Assembly: GCA_977018835.1 (NCBI GenBank)
Contig: OZ361256.1
Location: forward strand, 3,720,001-3,784,000
DNA: 64,000 nucleotides
Origin: Minutocellus sp. GHC0000111
Taxonomy: Eukaryota
Direction: 5' to 3'
Shown here: in pieces, positions 12,079 to 24,233 of the stretch
Layout: the number at the start of each line of letters is the position of its first letter
Numbering within the stretch: the first letter of the stretch is position 1
The notes under the pieces: generated by a model
Told to the model about the DNA's origin: nothing
Seen by the model: the letters and a program-made list of their open reading frames with translations, nothing else
Databases searched by the model: none
Translations under genes and position numbers: made by a program

Positions 12079-12126
12079 AACTCTACATGTAGATTCAATG
12101 GCACTAGTCATTGATCTGCGAGGGTG

Positions 12127-12318
12127 TGTTGATGCCGTGGGATACGTACGTATACATACGTACGGTACGTACGGTGATCAGACCACTGACTCAGTGCCCT
12201 CTCCTGACCGTTGATCCATGGGCCAACGACATCTCCGATGGCCCATTTTTCATCTACGTAGGTCCTATTAACCTCTACTAGCTATATCTATCTAGCTTAG
12301 CTTTAGGACCTCTTAGCA
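12127..12318 (+). repeat. 3' LTR (192 bp)
   Basis: Direct repeat of 6627-6822, followed by TSD TTAAT. Confidence 0.97.
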
Positions 12319-12965
12319 TTAATGTCTGTGTGGGCCATTCCAGCCTCGTGAACGTCAGCAACAGCCTCTGCAACCTGCACGGCAATCGCTAGCTAGCTGC
12401 TTTTGGATTGATGTGTGTAATTTTCTTGCAATGTTCGGCACCGATCAAGATGTGCTGCTCCAAGTCCCCATCAGGACTTACATCGACAATCTGTGCATTA
12501 GAGCACGACGCATAGATATTTGGTGTGTTGTCCGAATTGCTCAGCTGGCCCATCGCCACTCTGCATCTATCCGATGACGTTCTCCAGAAGCAAGGAAGGA
12601 AGGTTGTGTTGTCCATTCGATTATCATGTTCAAAACGAAGCTCTTTCATCACCATCTTGCTCCCGTCAAATGATCGGGAATAGGAAAATGCATATTTATA
12701 GTGTCCGTTGTTGTGCAGAGTAACGTCGTCATCAAACTGCATGTTGATCTCGTGAAAAGAGACAAACATGCACACATGGATGGGGAATGGCCGCCTTTTG
12801 CCAGCTGTGACGATATTTGCACTTTTCTTTTTTGCTTGTATCTTTCGGCGCGTGTTTTCTTTGCCAATGCCACTTTTGAGTGTCGTTGATTGATCTTCCA
12901 TGTAATTTGTGTTTCATTTGCCATCGAGAAAGATGCAAAGAATCTTCGAGAAACACCAAGCGGCA
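12319..12965 (-). pseudogene. Kinase paralogue 2, N-terminal half (right of the LTR insertion); 5' end missing
   Basis: DTQKWHWQRK..CKYRHSWQ..HEINMQFDDD..KMVMKELRFE..NIYASCSNAQIVDVSPDGDLEQH..ADVHEAGMAHTDI; joins 6626 across the TSD. Confidence 0.9.
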
Positions 12966-12989
12966 TACCAACTTACTCCACCGCTTGGT

Positions 12990-14966
12990 CGATCGGGGCT
13001 ACATCTAGACATCGGCCGACAGCTACGACAAAAATGTCTCACCGTAGCAGAATTGGACGGCATGGCATTTACTATCGTAGACCAATTTTCTCGAGGACTA
13101 GATTTGGTCACCGACCACGACGAAAAGATTGAAATTGCAAGGCTATGTTTGATGGCTGGCAAGAAAGCAATGGTAAAATCATCTGTGGGCCCGGCATTGA
13201 TCTATCATTTACAAGGCACTGCCTTGCTGCAGGAATCAGACTGGGAGACCCACTATGATTTGGTAAGATGTCACTGCCACCGATGCGATTGTACGACATG
13301 GCGGCATTTGTTCAAATTATTTTTCTATTACGATCGTACTTCTATTCTCTCACACACAAAATACTCGGTCCTTTACACGGTCAAATCTCTTCCTGCGAAA
13401 CAGTCGTTAGAGCTTTTCACCAGCTGTGTAGAGGCACAGTACGTAAGCAGCAATTACGACGGCGTTCACATTACACAACAAGCCATAGACCTGCACGCCC
13501 GATGCATTCATGACAAGCTACCGTCCTTCTTAAATTTGATCTCGACGCTATCTGCTCAGGGTCGTTTTGAGGAAGCTGTCGATGCTGGGCTTGCAGTCCT
13601 CGCGGATTTAGGGGAGTCCGTCAGAAAGAACGCCGACCAGAGTGACATGTTGATCGAGTTTAAGAAGGTGAAGCACTTATTTGACATGTCCCTTGGCCAA
13701 GGGGGTGATGCTTCGATCAACGAGGTTATCTTGGGATCACCTTCGATTGACAGCAATCCAAGCATTGACAGGCAAACTGCGAAAACGAAGGCAGCTGCAA
13801 TAAGATTGATCGCCCAGCTAATGCGAACGACGTACCAATTCAACCAATTCCTCCAGATTACGATAAATCTGCGCGCAATCCAACTGTCATTGACATATGG
13901 ATTGAGCCAATACTCGATCAGCTCATTTGCATCGTATGGAGTGCTCCTTGCACGACGCTTCATGAAAATAGAAGAAGCCAGCAGTTTCGGGAAGCTATCC
14001 TTGGACCTTATTCAGCGATTTGACGCTTTGGATGAAATGCCTCGAATATACTTGATTGTACATTCTTACATCTTCCCATGTTTGCGTCCGGTCCAAAGTC
14101 TTATTCCTGAATTGCGCCGAGCTTACGGTGTTGCGATGCGCTCAGGAAGCATTGAACTTGCGATGACAAATGCCCGGCAGATGTCACACTTACTCCTATC
14201 GTGCGATGGTATGCCGAGTCTCGAAAAGGCTTCTGAAGAGATGGCAGACTTTACGTATCAAATGAAGAAGCATAAGCATGAAATTGTGGGTTCTTGTTTG
14301 CCGATTTTGCAGTACTTCTTGATTTTGATGAATGATGGTGGCGAGGATCCGTCGATTTTGAGTGGCAGAGTCATGAATTACGAAGTGTCTCTGAAAGAAG
14401 CGCTGTCGAGAGGTGATTTGATGACGATTCTCGAAATTAACACGATCAGGCTTCGGCTAGCCTTCATCTTTGGAAAATACGATGAAGCAGGGGTGTTGGT
14501 GAAAGATGTTCTTCGCTTACACAAGAAATTTCCTAGCATTGCCTATCAGTCTGACAATGTGGGAGATGCGCTCTACTACGGCCTCACAGCGGCGGTTCTT
14601 GGGTGCAGTAATCCACACGAAGCTGAGGAATGGCACGAGATTGCCGAGTCTACCCTCAAGAATTTTGAGCGATTTGCAGTGCACTCGGAGTGGAATTTCG
14701 GGCACAGAGTCGAACTGATGAAGGCGGAGATTGCCTACTTTATCTATTATGACAACGAGGTGGCACTCAAACACTACAAGGCAGCCGCTGATCTTGCAGA
14801 AAAGCACAAGTTTCCAGGTGAACGGGCGATGGCATTGGAAAGGATGGCCATGTTCTGCGAGGGCACATTCCAGACTGATCTTGCGCGAGGATATTACAAG
14901 GAAGCTGAGAGGGCATACCGAGAATGGGGTGCCATCCGGAAGGCAGATCACGTTGCTTGCTGCTAA
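12990..14966 (+). pseudogene. C-terminal helical/TPR-like part of an AAA-ATPase 'multi-sensor kinase-like' protein; N-terminal ATPase absent
   Basis: HLDIGRQL..FTIVDQFSRG..IARLCLMAGKKA..DWETHYDL|SLELF..AYREWGAIRKA; GT-AG intron 13263-13403 (141 nt). Confidence 0.7.
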
Positions 14967-15075
14967 ATAGAGGTTTCGTAATTTGATTATTATAAAGAAT
15001 CGAATCAAAATCTTTTGAGGCAACGGTCTGCAGGTCCACAAACTTTATGCGGCAATAATGAAGACACTTGCGCCA

Positions 15076-16265
15076 TTACTTTGCTCTTTTCGACAGCAAC
15101 TCCTCAGACAAGTCCCACAGCTTTTGGGGCAGATCCTTGTCCAGTGAGTCCATGTATTCTGTTTCGTCTTTGGCTATCGTTGCGTCTCGGTACATCCCGC
15201 CAGATTGCAATTTGTCCTTATCCTCCAGAGTCGCAAGAATAATGTTCTGCGCACCCTGAACACTATTCCTTTGAATCAACAGCATGAGTGGCCCAAACAG
15301 TAGCTTTTTGTAAAAGGGAAATTGCACATTGCGCCCCAGAGATGTCCGGCAGAATCCTGGGCAGCACGCGTAGGTGGTAACATGCGGCGCTGTCTTCCCC
15401 AGCTTGGTAGCGAGACGACGATTCGTCAATGCATTCATCAGCTTGGAATCACAGTATCCCGTTGGAGCAAATGATGCGTGGCTCTTCTTGTTCTTGTTCC
15501 TGCCATTCTCGTCGTTGCTGCCATCCCCATCCGGCGAAGTGGCATCGTCCCCATCCTGCTCACCGCCGACCTTTCTACCGCTGTAAACAAAGTCCTAAAT
15601 CCAATTTCCCACTCTTGGCCAAACCAGAGGACACCAAGACGACCCGGCCATCCTCCTTCTGCTTGGACATTATCCGATCGATCCACCACCGCCTTGATGA
15701 GAGCCACATGGCCCAGGTGATTGACGCCAAAGTGGTACTCAAACCCATCCTCGGTCTTTCTCTCTTGTTCCATGGGCATCCAAACTCCTGCATTGCACAC
15801 CAGAGCGTAGACCCCCCGCTCGGCATACTTGGCGGCCAACTTATCGGCAAAGTTCTCCACGGAATCGATCGATGCCAAATCCAGCGGCGGCATGGTGCAG
15901 TCCAACCGATTTCGTGCCGAGAGGAGGGGGTCGGCGAGGTCGTTGCTGCTGGTGCCGGTGCCGGTGCCGCTCCGATCCGCCTTGCCGATCGACCTGGCGA
16001 TCCTATCGGCAGCCTCCTCGGCCTTTTGGACGTCGCGGCAGGCCAGGACCACCGTCGCCTTGCGCTTGGCAAATTCCTTGGCCGATTCATACCCTAATCC
16101 CACGTTGGCCCCGGTGACGACGATGACTCCCTTGGAGGACAGATCGGACGGGCCGCAAGATCTGTAGTCCAGCCAATCGCGCGAGACGCGACGGCGGAGG
16201 TAGATCCCACCGACTCCGAAGAGGGCGGCGAGGGAGGACACCGTGATGGTGCCGAGGCCGGGCAT
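15076..16265 (-). pseudogene. Short-chain dehydrogenase/reductase (retinol dehydrogenase-like) with two frameshifts
   Basis: TGANVGLG, CNAGV, FGVNHLGH, VVLVSSG, YCDSK (YxxxK) and CPGFCRT lie in three different frames; shifts at ~15680 and ~15595. Confidence 0.88.
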
Positions 16266-16340
16266 GGTAATTGGTTCAGTGCTCGACGGCCCGTGACGTT
16301 ATCGTTACACCAGAACGCTAACGCCAGCCGAGAGAGAGTA

Positions 16341-16367
16341 GTCGAGTCGAGTCGAGTCGAGTCGAGT
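16341..16367 (+). repeat. (GTCGA)n microsatellite
   Basis: gtcgagtcgagtcgagtcgagtcgagt. Confidence 0.9.
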
Positions 16368-16437
16368 GAGTCGGTCGAGTCGTCGTCAGGCCGTTTGAAA
16401 AAATTCAAACCAGGCGGCCCATCGTCATTTTTCAGTA

Positions 16438-18822
16438 ATGCAAACCAGGCAAACAAAGCCAGCAGGCGAGATGGTGACTTGGGGCGCCGCTACCGCAGCA
16501 CCCACCGATCCTCCGGATAACATGGCGGCAGATACAGGCACCAACCATTCATTGGCCGGAGAGAGCTCCTCTGCGGCGGCGGAGGCCCCGGCATCCGCGT
16601 CCCGCCAGCCGACGCCGACGGCAATGCCAGTCTCTGCCGTAGTATCTGCATCAGCAAGTCCAGCACCGCCGTTGCCGCGGCCTGTCGTGGCTTCGGCCGG
16701 GGCTGATGCTGCAGCTACTGCAACTGCTACTGCCGCGCCAGTATTCAGCCCAACGCCTGCCCCGTCCAATCTCGACCGGCGGATTGCGGCCCTGGAACAC
16801 CGGCTGCTCGAGGAGGGCATCGGCACGTCCCTCCCGCCCCAGCATCGGTCGTTGCCTCCATCAGGAGTATCTCGAACAAATGCAGCAGACGGCATCAACA
16901 ACACTAACACCGCCACGAGCGACAACAGCAACAACAACAATAACGGCAGCAACGGCAACGAACAGATCCTGCAGACCTTTCTGTCCACCCTCCGTTCCAT
17001 GTCGTCCAACGTGGCCCGGACACCCACAACTCCAGATGCGCGGATTCACACCACCAAACACCGCGCTCTGTCGTCATTGCTTTCCATCGTCGAACTGTCC
17101 CTCGACGAGACCACTCGCCTATCGACCCAGCTCACCGCCTTGGAACGCACCCAGTCTCAAGCCGCGCGGCAATGGGAAACCAGGGAGGCGGACTATCGGC
17201 GGGTGATATCCGAGCTGGTGTCAAGGGTGGACTCGTTGGACGGGCAGGTGAAGCGCAAGGACGTAATACTGACGGAGGCGCAGGAGAGGGTGACGGAGTT
17301 GACCGACGAGCTCGATGGCTGTAAGCACAAGTTGAGGGAGGTGACGGCGGAGCTCAACACCAGCCTAGAACAGCAGCAGCAGCAGCATATGAGCAAGGAG
17401 AGGAGTGGAAAGGATGTGGCTACCAGTACTATTGCGGACGGTGAGGATGACGATGGTAGCAAGGCCTATGACGGTGAAGCAACTGCCGATGAGGGGGACG
17501 GCACGCTGGCCCAAATTCGCAGGGAGAACGAGCGGCTGCGCCAAATGATCGAAGAAGGGGGCCGAGTGGGTTGAGAGCACTCTTGCTCCGTGGGTTCGGC
17601 GACTGCTGCGTCTGCAACTGGGCACGATGCCATCCACGTCGAGCTACGGGCGCAGGCGGCACTGTTGGAGGAGGAGAATCGACGGCTGCTGCAGCGATTG
17701 GATATCGGCACTGCCGGTGGGTCTGCATCTGTGTCTACATCTCAACTGGATGTAGCTGCTGGCACTCCATCGGAAACCAATATGCTGTTCTCACCGCCGC
17801 CAACGTCACAATTTGCAATGGGTATGTCTACACCTGCTGATATTGTTCAGCTACAAGCCCAAAATGAAGAGCTGCAGCGTGCCTTGCGGGATCGGGACGA
17901 GCGGTTGTCGCGTGCCGAGGCCAATCTTCGTTCTTTGCTGGAGCAGAGTCGGACCAATGCCGCGGAAGCCTCCCGATTGGCGGCCGAGGGTGGTATGACC
18001 AGAAGACGACTGGATGAGGAAACACGCAGGGCAGAGGCTGCGGAACGCACCGTAAGGGAAGCCGAAGGGGAGCGGTCGGACGTACTACGGGCGTACCGGG
18101 CCGTTGTAGAGGAGAGGGCGCAGCTGGCTGCAAAGGTAGAGGAGTTGGTGACAGAGCGATCGAGGCTGAGCCAACAGCTGTCCTTGCGACAGGATGAGCT
18201 GCAATCGATTCGAAACAGTATTGTGGAGATGGAGCGAGAGTTGAATCGGCATGCTCAGCAGAAGATGGACTATGACCGCAGGCTAGCCGAAGCGACTCGC
18301 GAAGCCCAGTCTCTTCGCAACTCGTTGGCCACCGTTGAAGCTCAGAATGCTGGACTGCGACGAGATGTGGAAACGTCCAAGCAGAGCACAGGTGTGGCAT
18401 CGAATCAAGCTTTGGAACTGCACCGAGCCATGACCAAGGCTCAGCAGGAAACGGAGGATTTGCGACGGTCTATCTCTGCCCTTGAGTCTGAAAAGACAAA
18501 GCTTGAATCGGGTCTTGCGGAAGAACGACGGCGTTGCGAGGGCATGGAGAACATCGTGTCGGCAACAAGGACCAAGGAGGCGGCAGCAGCGGAGCAGATT
18601 CAGAAGCTTTCTCGGGAAAATGCTAGATTGGCAATGAAGTTGAATGAGGCCGATGCCCGATTAGAGGTAGCCAGCGCACGGAGCAGCCGTAGGGGACGAC
18701 TCAGCGCGAGAGGAGAGGCTCTTGTTCTCCGTGAATCCACGGTGAATCGGCCAACGCAAGAGAAAGTAAATGCAGATGCAAATGGCGGCATTCCTGCTAC
18801 TATTTCCTTCTCCAAGGAGTGA
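16438..18822 (+). pseudogene. Long coiled-coil protein, possibly CEP135/Bld10-like, with an in-frame TGA at 17572-17574
   Basis: The two ORFs share a frame (GRVG*EHSCSVGS); extensive heptad repeats; ERSDVLRAYRAVVEER resembles a CEP135 C-terminal motif (weak). Confidence 0.5.
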
Positions 18823-18936
18823 GCGTCTTGTTTGAGTTCGATGTGCATACGTTCTTGTGAAAGTTAGATACATTTTACGTACTAGAGCCACTATTCTAGC
18901 TAGACTAGACTAGAGCTAGATAACAAAATCATGTCG

Positions 18937-20520
18937 TCACAGGGCCTGGCAGCTCTTGACATCCCACCTCGTGCTTTTCCTTCCGTTCCTGGTTTCATAA
19001 TTCTGCCATAAGTCAAACCAATACGCCAAAAATTGGTGTGGGGCGTACTTTTCATAACGCCGCTTTGCTTGCTCGTGCACAGCTGCAACAGGAACACTCT
19101 TGGGAACTTTGAATTGTTCCCGAAATAAACGGGTCGTCTCCGTATCGTAAGGGTGCGCGTCGTGCCTGCCAAGAAGCTGTAGCACATTGTTTGCTGCAAA
19201 TTTTGCGAATCCCTTGAGAGATATAATTCTTTTGAATATCTCCTCTCTGGTTAGGTCGGCATCTTCCAATTGAAGGGCATCGATCTCCCCCGATACAAAC
19301 TTTTCAGCAAGTTCGTGAACCCACGGGGCTCTGTAGCCAAGCCTGCAGTGCTTCTGGAGCCATTCGGGGCTCTTGGCTGCTACCTGTTGCGGAGTTGGGA
19401 AAGCCACAAGGCCCTGAGTAGCAAAGACCGCACCGATTACATTTCCTTCGACATCACGTCGCTTGAAAGCATTCATGAAAAAGCTCCGTGTGACATTTGA
19501 CTTGGTATGGAAAACCAACTCGAGCACAGTAGTCTCTCTGCCTTGAATGGCATCATTGAGAACGTCCTTAACGGATGCATGACATTTCTTCACCAGGAAT
19601 GCCTTCACCAATGACTTCTCAAGTGCCTCTCCTTCAGTGAATCCAATTATGCTGGCGATCTTGCCATTCCACGCGTTGATATTACCCGCTGTGTCGACAC
19701 CAAATACAGGCGTGGAGGCCGTGTCAATGAGCCTCTCAAGCTCTGCATTGCTGCCATCTTGGGCTGCTTTCTCAACAGCGCTATTGCGTCTGTTCACCTC
19801 GTCATCGATAGCATGACCAACATTGGCACAAAGTTTAGTATTCATCACGCACGTACCAGACCACTTCATGTTGCAATTCGTCAACGTCTTGACCCTGTCC
19901 TCCCACAGCGTGGGGCTGCGATACGTACGACCGAAGCCACGAGCTTTGGCTTCGGCGTGCATGTCCCAGAAAGAATCGGGAGACCAATCGAAGCGCAAGA
20001 TGCGATGAATCTGCGAAGTTACCTGTCGAATATGTTCGGGACTTTGGGGCGCCGTTCCTCCGACCACGGTAAGCTGGAGAGTATTGTCGATCTGCTCTAC
20101 GCGGACAACGGTTGCATATTCTTCCTTGTTCTTTGTGCCATAGGCAATGGGCCTTGTGAATATGCCTCGGTCTTCATGTTCCGATTCTGGGGCAGCCTCC
20201 CACTGGTTCGGCGCTAGGCCAAAATATCCATACGAACATATGCTCTGTGCCAATGAGAAACGTGCCGGTAGATCCAGTGTGGCGAGAGGAGTTCTGCAGG
20301 TACTCGCAGCATCGCTGGCGGTTGCGCCACCTTCGTCGGCGACGTTGATGCTGCTTCCGCGCGAAACAGTTCTTGGCGCCACTGGTCGCTCGGGGGTCAC
20401 AACATGTGCCGACAGGGACGAACTATCACGAGTGCGAGGTGAGATACGCCGCGAAGGGCTTTCTGCTTCTGCAGCAGCGGCGTCGTTGGCCGCCGTCTTC
20501 CTCTTGCCCGTTCTTGCCAT
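18937..20520 (-). CDS. HhH-GPD superfamily DNA glycosylase-like protein with an inserted PAS domain
   Basis: FSLAQSICSYGYFGLAPNQW, GRTYRSPTLWED, FPTPQQVA..CRLGYRAPW, LKGFAKFAANNVLQLLG..PYDTET; PAS insert ELERLIDTASTPVFGVD. Confidence 0.85.
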   Translation of the reverse strand: MARTGKRKTAANDAAAAEAESPSRRISPRTRDSSSLSAHVVTPERPVAPRTVSRGSSINVADEGGATASDAASTCRTPLATLDLPARFSLAQSICSYGYFGLAPNQWEAAPESEHEDRGIFTRPIAYGTKNKEEYATVVRVEQIDNTLQLTVVGGTAPQSPEHIRQVTSQIHRILRFDWSPDSFWDMHAEAKARGFGRTYRSPTLWEDRVKTLTNCNMKWSGTCVMNTKLCANVGHAIDDEVNRRNSAVEKAAQDGSNAELERLIDTASTPVFGVDTAGNINAWNGKIASIIGFTEGEALEKSLVKAFLVKKCHASVKDVLNDAIQGRETTVLELVFHTKSNVTRSFFMNAFKRRDVEGNVIGAVFATQGLVAFPTPQQVAAKSPEWLQKHCRLGYRAPWVHELAEKFVSGEIDALQLEDADLTREEIFKRIISLKGFAKFAANNVLQLLGRHDAHPYDTETTRLFREQFKVPKSVPVAAVHEQAKRRYEKYAPHQFLAYWFDLWQNYETRNGRKSTRWDVKSCQAL

Positions 20521-20657
20521 CTTGGCGCTTGTGACGACAAGCGAAGGCGTCAGGCGTCAGGGCCCAAAGCCGTACGTAGCGTAGCACAGCACGTAGGGCC
20601 TACGGCCGGCCAAGGTGGCGATGACGCACGAAGAGTGCATGCATCATTTTCCACCGC

Positions 20658-23600
20658 ATGACCATGCGAATATCAGCTCGGGCTATCCCTCTCCTAGCCC
20701 TCTTGGCGCTGGTGACTTGCGGAGAGGCATTCCAGCCGCCGCCATCCAGTCCTCGTTGCAGCGCTTCTGGTCAAACGTCCTTCGTTTCCTCCAAAGGAAG
20801 GCATGCTGATGGTAAGAGGCAAGGGGAGTGCTCGCAATGCGCTCTCTCCCTGTCGTCGTCAACCTACAACACCAGGTATCGCAATACTGGCAATAGTAGC
20901 AAAAATGGTAACTGGGCCAAGCTCTCGACCAGCCTGCTGCCGGAGGCGGGGTATTTTAAAGCCGAGCGCGATGAGGAGCGGTTGCGAATCCGAAGGCAGC
21001 GGGAGGTAGAACGTGCCATAGGACCATCGAGTGTGCAGCAGAATGACGACGACCATGAAGATGATCGTAGAGACAACAACAATCGTGGGCGGCCTCGTCG
21101 GACTAGTCAAAGACAAAGAAAGAGAGGACCAAGATGGCCAAAAGAGAAGAATCACGTAAGACACGACGACTCCATATTTGAATCCTTTCGTGCCGTGGAG
21201 AATGTGGATCAGCTCAACAGAATGGTGGATGACGTGCTAGGTAAGCTCGATAACGAGGAGGCAATCATCAGTGCCAGGGACGTGACCAATCTTGTGAGAT
21301 TACTGGGAGCAAGGCAGGCTTACGACGCAATGTTAAAATTTGTCCGCCATCCCTCCACTCATCCGATGGTATTCTCATATACGGCAGCGGTTGCATCCTT
21401 GGCTCAATCAACCAACCCTAAATATCGGTCGCTGTCCGCGTCGCTACTAGATGAGATGGACAACCTAGGCATACAACCGAACACATACACATTTACAGCG
21501 GTTTTGCTTGGCGTCAATGGAGGCAAGGGCGCCATGAAGATGATGAAAAGAGCTCGACAGTACGAATCGGTTGACATCAATTGTTTCCTATACAACGCGG
21601 CGATTCACGCATGTAGTCGAAATCCTGGGCATGTCGGCGCATCAGCAGCTGGTGCGGCCACTGGAACTGCTGTGAATAATGATGGTTGGCAGACAGCATT
21701 ATCTCTCTTTCGTCAAATGAAGAAGGAACAGATCCGACCAACCGAGCAAACGTATGCTTCGCTTCTTCATGCTTGCGGCAAGAGTGGACAAGTTAGGGTT
21801 AGGGTAAAGCTTGCCTTGTCGCTCCTGAATGAAATGAAGAATAATCCGTCTGTTGCCAACCCCGATGCTAAGGTCTGGGGCGCTGTCCTACAAGTATTGG
21901 CGTCGGCGGGCGATTACAAAAAGGCGATGAAAATCATGCGAGAAATGATCTTATCCGATGAAATATCTCCTAATGTTCTGCATTGCAATGCACTGCTGGC
22001 CTCGCTATCTAAAGCCCGTAAGGATGACATTGCGTTGGATCTTTTGGACAATATGATCAATGGAACACTTCCAGAATTTGTTGTCGCTAATGCCACAGTA
22101 TCTACAGATTCCATAGTAATGGCTCGTCCAGATTTGGTTTCCGTCAATACAGTATTAGCAGCGTGCGCACGGAAAGGAAATTTTGCAGGTGCAAGCCGGA
22201 TTCTCGATCAAATGAAGCGAAGCGAAACGAAATACATGGATCTGCATGGCCAATTCGCCCAGATACAATTACTTACAATACACTGCTCTCGGCATGCCGT
22301 CGGTCAGAGGACGCCGAGAGGATCTTGGAAGAAATGAGATTATCCAGACGTGAAAGATACTCCAAAGTGAAGCCAACCAGTGTCACTTACACCAATGCAA
22401 TTACGGTTTGTCGAAAAGCAAACCCTCCAGACCTGCCACGCGCTCGGAAGTTCCTGGAGAACGCCATTCGGGAGGGAATAAAACCAAATGTTTTCATGTA
22501 CTCGGCAGCAATCTGGTGCGCTGAGTGCTCAGGGGATGCTGATGCCGCAGTCACCTTCCTCGACGAGATGAAAAGTTCTGTGCCGGCTCGTCGATGCGAT
22601 CCAAACAGCGTGACATACGATGGATGCATGTCTGCCCTGGCTTCGGAAGGTCGATACAAAGAGGTGATCAATCTGTTCCAAGAAATGAAGGATAGAAAGA
22701 TCGAGCCCTTGCCCAGCGCTTACAAACGAATTGCAATCGCTGTGACAAAGGCAAATCTATCTGAAGAGCAAGTACCAGGCATTCTGGAGCCTATTGTTCG
22801 AGGTATGACGAAGAAAGATCTTAGAAGTGCTTACATCGGACCTGTTCTGGCTACTCTTATCCGTTCGTATGGATCGCGTGGGATGTACAACAGAGCGAAG
22901 AAGACTTTCAGGTTGATCCGCGGGCCGACAGATTCAAGCTGTCTTTCGGCCATGCTATATGCATGTGCCAAGAGCACGAAATGGCAGGACGCTTTGTTCT
23001 TCCTTCATACAAGTGACATCGTCGCCGATGCTCAGGGCCCAGGGCGCATTGATTCAGTTGCCTTGACTTACGCATCCATCGCTTGCGCAAGAGCAGACCA
23101 GTGGAGAGAAGCGCTCAATGTGATTGAGCTCTATGGTCAATTCGATAGGCGCGGAGAAAAGGCAATAATCTCAATCAACGCCGTCAATGCTCTTATTTCC
23201 GCATGTGGTAGAAGTGGACGTGCAGACATGGCAGTGAAGCTGCTAAATGAAATGCCGGTGCGTTTCCAGTGCATACCCGACGCACAGACTTACAAATTTG
23301 CCATCATTGCGTGCAATCAGGCTGAAAAAAGGAGAAAGAGGCAAGAGAAAAGAGGTGTTGCAAGAGTCGCTGTCAAGGGATCGATCCAGTGGTGGGAAGT
23401 TGCTCTGTCGTTACTCCGACGGATGAAAGAGGACGGATTAAATCCTGACAAACAGGTCTATTCGAGCGTCATCTCCGCTTGTGAAAGTGATGGCCAATGG
23501 CAACGAGCCCTTGGTGTTTTGAGATCCATGTCAGTGACAACTCCTGGTGGAGAGATCCCGACTCCTCCCAACCTCTTTTGTTTCAACTCGGCTATCGCGG

Positions 23601-24136
23601 CGTGTCAAAAAGGTGGGGCTTGGCTCGAAGCAGTAGAATTATACGAACGAATAAGGGCAAGCGGAAACCGAAGGATTCGGCCAAATTTTGTCACGATCAA
23701 CTCGCTCCTTATTGCTTTGGAAGAGGCAGGACAAAGAGAAATGGCCGAGCCCATCTACAAGGAAGCCCTTCATGATGATATTCTACTACCTTGGAGTGCT
23801 CGAATGGGTGACAATCAGAATGAATGGATAAGGGCCATGGATCTTCACCAGTACTCTCAGCCATTGGCCAAGGTCGCAGTCCGAACAGCACTTGAATCTC
23901 TTCTTACACCTCGCCCTCAATTCACAATCGACAAAGATTTGGTCATTATTGTTGGCAAGGGAAATCGGAGTGAAACCGGTGAGCCTGCCCTGCGTCCCAT
24001 CGTACAGGAATTGTTGGATGAAATGGCGATACCATCTCTGATTCCAGAAAAGAATTCCGGCAGAATCATTGTCTCGGCGAAAGACCTTTCCAATTACGTC
24101 CAGAGAATGTCGTGGAGGGCCGATGATAGCATTTGA
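20658..24136 (+). pseudogene. Plastid-targeted PPR-SMR protein with a frameshift at ~22250
   Basis: Signal peptide + EAF; many PPR motifs (PNTYTFTAVL, PDLVSVNTVL, PNVFMYSAAI, PNLFCFNSAI); C-terminal SMR DLHQYS..IIVGKG..NSGRI. Confidence 0.88.
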
Positions 24137-24233
24137 CTTGACTACTGCGTAGTAATCGCTAGCTAGCTAAAGATATTCTCGAATCATATTTCTCTATAAT
24201 AATATTTCTACTTATTCAGGGGCTCAAAAGAAA

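Larger units (their letters stand above)
6627..12318 (+). mobile_element. Ty1/copia LTR retrotransposon (CoDi-like), defective
   Basis: TG..CA LTRs 6627-6822 and 12127-12318; TSD TTAAT (6622-6626, 12319-12323); PPT GCGAGGGTG before the 3' LTR; domain order gag-PR-IN-RT. Confidence 0.97.
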
